Of a DNA stretch of 64,000 nucleotides, positions 58,601-64,000 are shown in pieces. Where the stretch lies: contig JAUYMS010000047.1 of NCBI GenBank assembly GCA_030698625.1, positions 12,210 through 76,209 of the forward strand. Direction: 5' to 3'. The position numbers were made by a program, and so were the translations under genes. The notes under the pieces are model-generated. The model made no database searches, was not told the DNA's origin, and saw only the letters and a list, made by a program, of their open reading frames with translations. Position 1 is the stretch's first letter. Every line of letters starts with the position of its first letter. Origin of the DNA: Candidatus Omnitrophota bacterium (GTDB lineage Bacteria; Omnitrophota; Omnitrophia; Omnitrophales; Aquincolibacteriaceae).

Positions 58601-61600
58601 AATTTCTTGATCAAAATTTCAGGCTCCATCCCGTGAGCATCTTCAGTGGTGGTTTTGTGGAGGAGCTTTCCGTCTGAGGTCCGCCGGTGAAGAAAACTGC
58701 GCACCCTCACCTGCCGCTTCCCCCCGAATCGCTTGAATTCCACCTCCGGGTCGACGTCGGGATTTCTCGTAATATCACGCGCGTTCTGAATGATCTCGCG
58801 TAACATAACCATACCGGGCTGGCGTTGTCTTTCAATGGTGGTAATGACCTCGTCGCGGTAAGCCGGATGCGAGGAGCTCTTCCACGCGTTCCACAGCGCT
58901 ATCGTGACCCTCTGACGGGGGAATTTCTCCAGACCGGAACGCGTCTGAAGAATATCCACCAATTCACTCAATCCGTAATCTTCCTCGCCGCTCAAATCAG
59001 GGACCCGGTCTACCCAGCCCTGAACATCATCCCTCAATCTGCCGTCGCTAAAATTGATCCCCAAATCGATCGCGCCCTGTTTATCGCTTAAAGCGACCGC
59101 TCCGGTCGCAAAGTTCGCCAGAACAGTTGCCGGCTCCGTTTCATTGCGAAAGGCATTTAGAAACGCGGCTGCGACGCGCGGCGCATTGAAGGTGCCCGTT
59201 CTGTCCTGCTCCCCAAGTATATTCACGAGCACGTCAAGACCCAGGTCGTCGCGATTCACCCAAGCTTCAAAAGCAGCCGATACGCCCGCCCGGACCTTGG
59301 CGTCGTTCAGATCGTAGCCAAATGCGATAGCGCCTTGCTCATCACGAAGCGCCACACGCCCCAACACATAGGGTGCGAGGGATCGTTTGAAGGACCGGAT
59401 CATTCCGCTTTGAATATCGGGGCGCCCGTTCACATAAACATTTCTTTCCCGCAGATTTTCAGCCGCATCCACCAGCCACGCCAATTCAAAATCATTTCGT
59501 CCGAGCCAAGTGCTGACATCCCCTTCCGCCAAATCACCTTCGAGGACAAGGTCGTCATCCTGAGCCAAGTTGTGCTCAGCCTCTTCTTTAAGCACTTCCT
59601 TGCCGGCAAGGTACTCCGCCCAAGTCCTGCCGGGAAACGGGAAGATGCTGTCAACATTGGGTTGTTTCGGGTCATTAAAACGCCACAGCTCCAGCAGGCG
59701 AGATCCGTATCCTTCCGGGCTTTCTACCAGGTAGGCATAAAGCTCGTTGGTTGTGTTGAGGTTTCCATTCCTCCGCAGATCATCGGCCACCAGTCCAAAA
59801 AGCCGCTCCAGAAAATCGTCCGCATTCTCAAAGGGCCTCGTCCCTTTGTCGTGGAAAAACGCCAGATACGGACCGCTGCGAGTTAGAACCGCATTAGCGA
59901 GCGTAAAAACCGGGGTTAATTGCGCGAGCAGCTTGAGATCCTGCGCAAGTTCCAGGACTTCCTCACCCGCCTTACGCGTCGCGGGACTGAGCGACGCTTG
60001 CGGGCCGAGATAGAGATACAAGGGCGAAAAGGTTGTCGGCGCTTCAACGATATGCTTGTCGCGCTTCTCGTCCGTCGGCTTGGCAATTTCGTAAGACGCG
60101 CTCTTGCCGGCTTCCGCAAACTTCTCGGCAACGCTGCCCTCAACCTTGGCTCCAATCCGAACACTCGCCGCGTCTTTAAGACCGGCCGCATTCATCTGCG
60201 GTAATGTGTTTTCATCCACCTTGTATCGGAATTCTCCCACTCCGTTTGCGGCTTCGTTGCCCGCTGCCGGCCGCCACATGCGGAACAGAGCGCCCAACAC
60301 CGCGAGCTCGGCATCGTCCCCCTGACTCTGATGGTATTGGTAAAGATGCCGGAGCAAAGATTGATTGTCGTAGTTGAGCACATGATTCAAGTAGTAGAAG
60401 TCGACCGCGGCGCCATTGGCGCGAATCGCTTTGAGGTTCCCCTTATAGAGATTCCAGGCAAGCCCGTTGATGATCTTTCTGGATTTCGACTTTTTCGGGG
60501 CGCCCAGGGAGTCCAGCAGCTTTTTGATCCTTTTCAAGTTTCTGCGATAACCGAAAAACGCGGCAATCCCCTGCCCGACATGAAGGAATGCCCGCACCAC
60601 GAACATGATCAGCCCGCCTATCAGCGTAAACAGAACGAAGCGGATCGGAGCAACCACCAAAACGCCAAAGACAATCCCGATGCGGTTAGCAATAAACCTC
60701 GGTCGCGTATACGGATTCTCTGCGAGATTTGCCTCCCAGCTGAACCGGAACCACGTCGACGGGTTTTCGCCCTTGGCGTCGGAATCCCGGCCGTAAACGT
60801 CCACTTGCCCCTTATTACCGCTCAACCACGCATCCACGGCCGCAGCTTCGGCAACGTCGCCGGAATCAGGGACACCGATCAGGGCCTCAAAATACGTGCT
60901 TCTCTCCGCATTCAACCAACCATTCTCATCAGGAACGATCTCAACAATCGCGAACTGGAAGCCCAAGTAACCCGCGACGATGCCGCGCAGTAATGCCGCT
61001 GCTCGCGGCGTAGCGCGAATCAACCGGCCGCGCCCCGCAATATCGCCGGCCGCCTGTGCCCAGCTCGCATGTCCTTCCCTGCGCGCGAGATCATCTTTTC
61101 CGTCCGCAGCGTTAACCTCGAGGATTATGTGCCTTCGCGTAAAATCATCGAGCACGCGTAATTTCTCGGCAGGCGACGCATCGCGATAAGCGTCCAGTTC
61201 GCTGCCAAAAAATTGCGCCAGCCCGGCGCGCTCGTTTTCAGGCAATGGACTCCCTGCAATGTGGACCCCAACGTCGCTCGGCGCATAATTCCAGAGGTGA
61301 TAGCTGATTTCGACAAGATCGCCCTTATTAATGCCTTTCCCGACCACCACATGACTGTTTTCGACTTTGGATTCGATGGGAACCCTGATCTCGTTGCCGT
61401 CTCGTTGCACCGCATAACCGTCCTTGTCAGTCTTGATCAAAGTTACGCTGACCCCGCCATGCGCATCATCATCGGCGATAGTCCCACGCGGAATATGGTA
61501 CAGAGCAATACGGGGGGTTAGAATGTAGTCCCTAAAAACCACGTTGACAGGCTTTGACGAAGACCGTTTTATTTCCTCTGATAATCTGCTTTTCGGGGGA

Positions 61601-64000
61601 ACCCCCTGCCAGTGCCAATTCCCGTCTTCATCCAGGTTGCTGTAGACCGCACGAATTAAGGACTCGGTTTTAGGCAAATCGGCAACACTTCCGTACGCTG
61701 GGTAAGTCGAAGAAATTTCTGCCGCGTCACGCGGACCGCTCGTGATCGTCTTCGGCAGGCTCTTCCGGAGCGGTGAGCTATGCCCCGGACCATTTTCTAG
61801 AAGTCTGCGCGCCGCCGCGTCGTCGCGATTCAGCTTTGCCCGCGAGAACCAACCGGCCACGCGTACCATCCACGACCAAATAGCTGAAGCAATGCCCGTC
61901 ACAAATTCATAGAGCCCAACAAAAATCGACCCGTAAAATGCCAGGGCCTCCCAGGCCAGATGCAATGCATAGCGGATGCGGCCGTTAAGATTCTCCTTCA
62001 AGTTTTTGTCCCCTTCAAAGAGAAACCATTGCACCCGGGAATTACCGCCGGGCGCAGTCTGAGAACCGTAACGAATCACACCGTTGTCCTCCGTCGCAAA
62101 ATCATTTGCCTCATCCACGAGGGTCTGGTCCTGGCTCCCGTAGGGCACGCCGATTAACGCCTCGTGATGCACTTGGTTATATGCATTGAGCTCACCCTTC
62201 TCTCCGGTTTCCGTACTGGCGACCAGGGCAACGTGCAGCCCGAGATAGCCGGCAAGAAGGGCGCGAATCAGTGCTACACCGCTTTCATCGGCACGCACAT
62301 GGCCGTGGCGGCTGATGATGTATTCGATCTTTCTCGCCCACGAAACTTGGTCAGCCGAAAACTTCAACAAGTCGCGCCTATTTTCTGACGCGTTATCGAT
62401 AATCACGTATCGCGATGTGAACTCATTGATAAAGCGCAATTTTTCGGCCGGCGTCGCATCGCGATAAGCGTCGAGGCCCAAGCGCTGTCCAAAATAGTCT
62501 TTCATGGCTTCAGCTTCATTTGCAGGAATGCCGAGCGTCGGTAAATTCAGCTCGACCTGATCTTCGCTGTATCGCCACACTTCATAGCGAATAAAAACCG
62601 TCTGCCCGACTAGTTCGGCAGGCAGCGTTACCTTTCCGTTCTGTACGCCGACCCATGCAACCCATTCCCCTTTATGATCTCCGCTATCGGTGGTAATCTG
62701 CTTGAATATTTCGACCTGGTCCGGGTAATAACCTTCCTTTCCGTCGGCTTTTTTCTTTTTGCCGCCTATTTCGCCCCGGGCATAGGTATACAGCTCGATC
62801 CCGCGCGTGGCGGGAATTCCTTCAATCACGAATTGATGACGGTTTTCCGCGGGAGGCCCGACCCGCGGAAAGACTAGCGCCGTGCTCGGGACTTTCTGCC
62901 ATACTCCTATTTGGTTAAGCGACGCGTAGTAACCGCGAATAACGCGCTCACCTTTTGGGTGATTCGAAATACTGCCGTAAAGTCCGAAGATCCCCTTTGA
63001 CCTGTCGTGTTCGTTCTTGTCCGCACTCACATGAAGCGTCGGCAGCGCTTGCTCAAGAGGCGGAGCGTGGGGTGATTGCGTTGTGCCGCGCCGTTTCTTA
63101 TTGTCCGCTTCGTTGTATTCCTTTCTGCCTGCCCTGAATTTGAACAGTGAAACAATAAATGCAATGAGTCCGATTATCCCAAAGAGACCCGTAAAAAAGT
63201 ACGCGGCCACCACGTCACCGGTATCAAGCGGTGATGTCTGCACGCGAAGGGGCGCCGTCGTTTCGATGGACTTCCAGTACTTATTGCCCGTACCGTCCCA
63301 ATCCCCGAACGCCGCCAGCTTCGCATGGCCATCCTTATTGGCATCAAAGTGTCCCTCCGCATCCGGAGACACAACCGCCTGGTAGGCGATGGGAATGCCC
63401 GCACGCTGCAGGAATACTCCGGCGGCCGCACATGAAGAATTACATATAAACAAGGCATCTCCTTCTTCGGCGCCGGTATAAGCCTTATTCCGCTCGATGG
63501 CGGCAGCAATAGCCTTGGCCACCGGCATGTAGCCATCCAAGCTAAATGCCCCCTGCCGTGGAGTCGCCGTGAGGTCATAGGCCGCGTGATCGGCAAGCCA
63601 CTGCAGAGTAATCTCCAGGGCCCTTTGGTCCGTGGCCCCTCTGAGCTGCCGAGCAAGATCCGGGAAGTACTTGTCGACAGCGGCATTTTGCACTCGGATA
63701 TTTTCGGGATCATTTTCAGCCAGATCGATGACGATGTCCGTCGGATCGTAAAAATTCGATTCCGTTTCGATTCGGATATGCCCCTTATGACTTAGAGTGA
63801 TCTCATCACCATTACGGGCCCAGTCTTGGCCCTCAACAAGCTCGGTGCCCCGTTCCTGCCCCGTGCTATCGGATTCGAATACGCGGACTCCTGTGATAAT
63901 GCCGGAGTGCGGGTTGTAAAGCGGAAAGGTTTGTCCGTCACGAACTTTCCCGAAAAATTCCGCTTGTATCGGTTCGGAGTTCAGCCGCGAAGCACCGGCT
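55681..64000 (-). CDS. Giant multidomain membrane protein (5'-truncated, >2,770 aa): three transglutaminase-like modules with hydrophobic segments, helical repeats, GHKL ATPase, C-terminal domain
   Basis: The frame has no stop from 63694 to the right edge. TGase-like C/H/E motifs near 63250-63450; REIIQNARD, DAHGM, GFFGVG and KGT GHKL motifs at 58150-58830. Confidence 0.85.
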   Translation of the reverse strand, partial: AGASRLNSEPIQAEFFGKVRDGQTFPLYNPHSGIITGVRVFESDSTGQERGTELVEGQDWARNGDEITLSHKGHIRIETESNFYDPTDIVIDLAENDPENIRVQNAAVDKYFPDLARQLRGATDQRALEITLQWLADHAAYDLTATPRQGAFSLDGYMPVAKAIAAAIERNKAYTGAEEGDALFICNSSCAAAGVFLQRAGIPIAYQAVVSPDAEGHFDANKDGHAKLAAFGDWDGTGNKYWKSIETTAPLRVQTSPLDTGDVVAAYFFTGLFGIIGLIAFIVSLFKFRAGRKEYNEADNKKRRGTTQSPHAPPLEQALPTLHVSADKNEHDRSKGIFGLYGSISNHPKGERVIRGYYASLNQIGVWQKVPSTALVFPRVGPPAENRHQFVIEGIPATRGIELYTYARGEIGGKKKKADGKEGYYPDQVEIFKQITTDSGDHKGEWVAWVGVQNGKVTLPAELVGQTVFIRYEVWRYSEDQVELNLPTLGIPANEAEAMKDYFGQRLGLDAYRDATPAEKLRFINEFTSRYVIIDNASENRRDLLKFSADQVSWARKIEYIISRHGHVRADESGVALIRALLAGYLGLHVALVASTETGEKGELNAYNQVHHEALIGVPYGSQDQTLVDEANDFATEDNGVIRYGSQTAPGGNSRVQWFLFEGDKNLKENLNGRIRYALHLAWEALAFYGSIFVGLYEFVTGIASAIWSWMVRVAGWFSRAKLNRDDAAARRLLENGPGHSSPLRKSLPKTITSGPRDAAEISSTYPAYGSVADLPKTESLIRAVYSNLDEDGNWHWQGVPPKSRLSEEIKRSSSKPVNVVFRDYILTPRIALYHIPRGTIADDDAHGGVSVTLIKTDKDGYAVQRDGNEIRVPIESKVENSHVVVGKGINKGDLVEISYHLWNYAPSDVGVHIAGSPLPENERAGLAQFFGSELDAYRDASPAEKLRVLDDFTRRHIILEVNAADGKDDLARREGHASWAQAAGDIAGRGRLIRATPRAAALLRGIVAGYLGFQFAIVEIVPDENGWLNAERSTYFEALIGVPDSGDVAEAAAVDAWLSGNKGQVDVYGRDSDAKGENPSTWFRFSWEANLAENPYTRPRFIANRIGIVFGVLVVAPIRFVLFTLIGGLIMFVVRAFLHVGQGIAAFFGYRRNLKRIKKLLDSLGAPKKSKSRKIINGLAWNLYKGNLKAIRANGAAVDFYYLNHVLNYDNQSLLRHLYQYHQSQGDDAELAVLGALFRMWRPAAGNEAANGVGEFRYKVDENTLPQMNAAGLKDAASVRIGAKVEGSVAEKFAEAGKSASYEIAKPTDEKRDKHIVEAPTTFSPLYLYLGPQASLSPATRKAGEEVLELAQDLKLLAQLTPVFTLANAVLTRSGPYLAFFHDKGTRPFENADDFLERLFGLVADDLRRNGNLNTTNELYAYLVESPEGYGSRLLELWRFNDPKQPNVDSIFPFPGRTWAEYLAGKEVLKEEAEHNLAQDDDLVLEGDLAEGDVSTWLGRNDFELAWLVDAAENLRERNVYVNGRPDIQSGMIRSFKRSLAPYVLGRVALRDEQGAIAFGYDLNDAKVRAGVSAAFEAWVNRDDLGLDVLVNILGEQDRTGTFNAPRVAAAFLNAFRNETEPATVLANFATGAVALSDKQGAIDLGINFSDGRLRDDVQGWVDRVPDLSGEEDYGLSELVDILQTRSGLEKFPRQRVTIALWNAWKSSSHPAYRDEVITTIERQRQPGMVMLREIIQNARDITRNPDVDPEVEFKRFGGKRQVRVRSFLHRRTSDGKLLHKTTTEDAHGMEPEILIKKFIPPQATTKSPLEFIQTLVDRGGPAEDIARKIIKALVGKLEEDRLNEVTAEIVRMLEDPSTPASQIHDWLESQGLMDETKSSGFFGVGNYTIYEDTDEVTVRTGINGKVYELHILAERDPVGRVVPRVLSFKVYEDPKNKYKGTLIERIKYVENTPEGRRRADLEDRSIRYNLMKYVGAVSPEEVEIIFVDADGAPLNVAIHDPQVDLASYGALNVRQGEYGISRVTINRLYIQDPGKRELFAYVPETVFVEWVRANGINYDFVAGTEPTEARTALLYPEEHRVEVAVGTLSAAADAYRRGDFNAPGLLPTYERLLGSPRFFQSSAELPLNDPQVLSDADHINSGRAEAIAAERWEAYGSDAKLFAALMLHVKTPDENGNRRSIFDEKVELFFGNTPAWVKQTFDADPRLREAVYAENFAAKDRSSFARIAAYNVYHAVATLYARGDLEIGGKKALPSLELTAQQYVEANLGKDVFADEVESDLLMLTGERANPSAVDFSKYGQSGNEALAEELIIGIPVRDGKSLRDFKRELKDSDRGAEAADVARQLAKVTQVNGGKFAVLAAFDDFLTGLVGALESRLSAGERHRFQFSRDWNLSHGDGEVLAAFGLFARGENGGEAIFEVTLKRFLASGPSDAESLRTAFSRLLLSSETQESLRAIAGRRGDTAASEQALRDHVQQERARDGAEVHFAFQRSELREQNEANKSVEVRFETRASVARFLQNLAGLNVGPEVRSAIVAEILPAAVVRALSPNEVLVSDAIRHSDLPLTVVSVVPQDFTADEMEIYVDAVIGSLIRNESGEHGVVVLVDGDNIRDFRRLFARILDEKLAGFRSELRSLRPRIRLTGRTDFERLGAALLSGRQVAFAATASFEGGLESQIPPHVSVVTNRLPSGEALPIDATQIRRHLGSFVAGAFSALLLNATEVDEAARFLLQGADDRFYARDAAALIGLDAFLSAMLDAERFAEFAAAAA

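Noticed and set aside
63285-63310. GDWDGTG motif resembling an FG-GAP calcium loop
   Set aside because: Single copy inside the TGase-like core, with no propeller repeats.
1-64000. CRISPR arrays, tRNA/rRNA, transposases, integrases, prophage or known defence genes
   Set aside because: None recognised by eye; dedicated scans are needed to exclude them formally.

Overview
Bacterial chromosomal window with almost every gene on the minus strand. The giant gene, type IV pili and gene neighbourhoods suggest a Ca. Omnitrophota/PVC-like diderm; this is inference only. Reading right to left, as transcribed: (i) the 3' part of a giant multidomain membrane protein gene, open past the right edge (>2,770 aa), with three tandem transglutaminase-like modules, a GHKL (Hsp90/MORC-type) ATPase and RSELR motifs; (ii) rimO, a pgsA-pgpA fusion, cinA, thpR and an HhH-GPD glycosylase; (iii) a type IV pilus locus with a standalone MshEN protein, two PilB ATPases, pilC, pilA and pilMNOPQ; (iv) housekeeping genes: rng with a structured leader, rmuC, pcm, cca, asmA, an ACT protein and def; (v) a ~29 kb Wzx/Wzy exopolysaccharide locus running off the left edge. 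The locus has a MerR-like HTH, wza, wzz, an ExeA-like ATPase, a BY-kinase, many glycosyltransferases, a GlpD-like oxidoreductase, a GT-C, sulfo-, methyl- and pyruvyl-transferases, an SGNH protein and an O-antigen ligase/polymerase. It also shows several remodelling scars and three paralogous membrane proteins. No rRNA, tRNA, CRISPR array or transposase was recognised.
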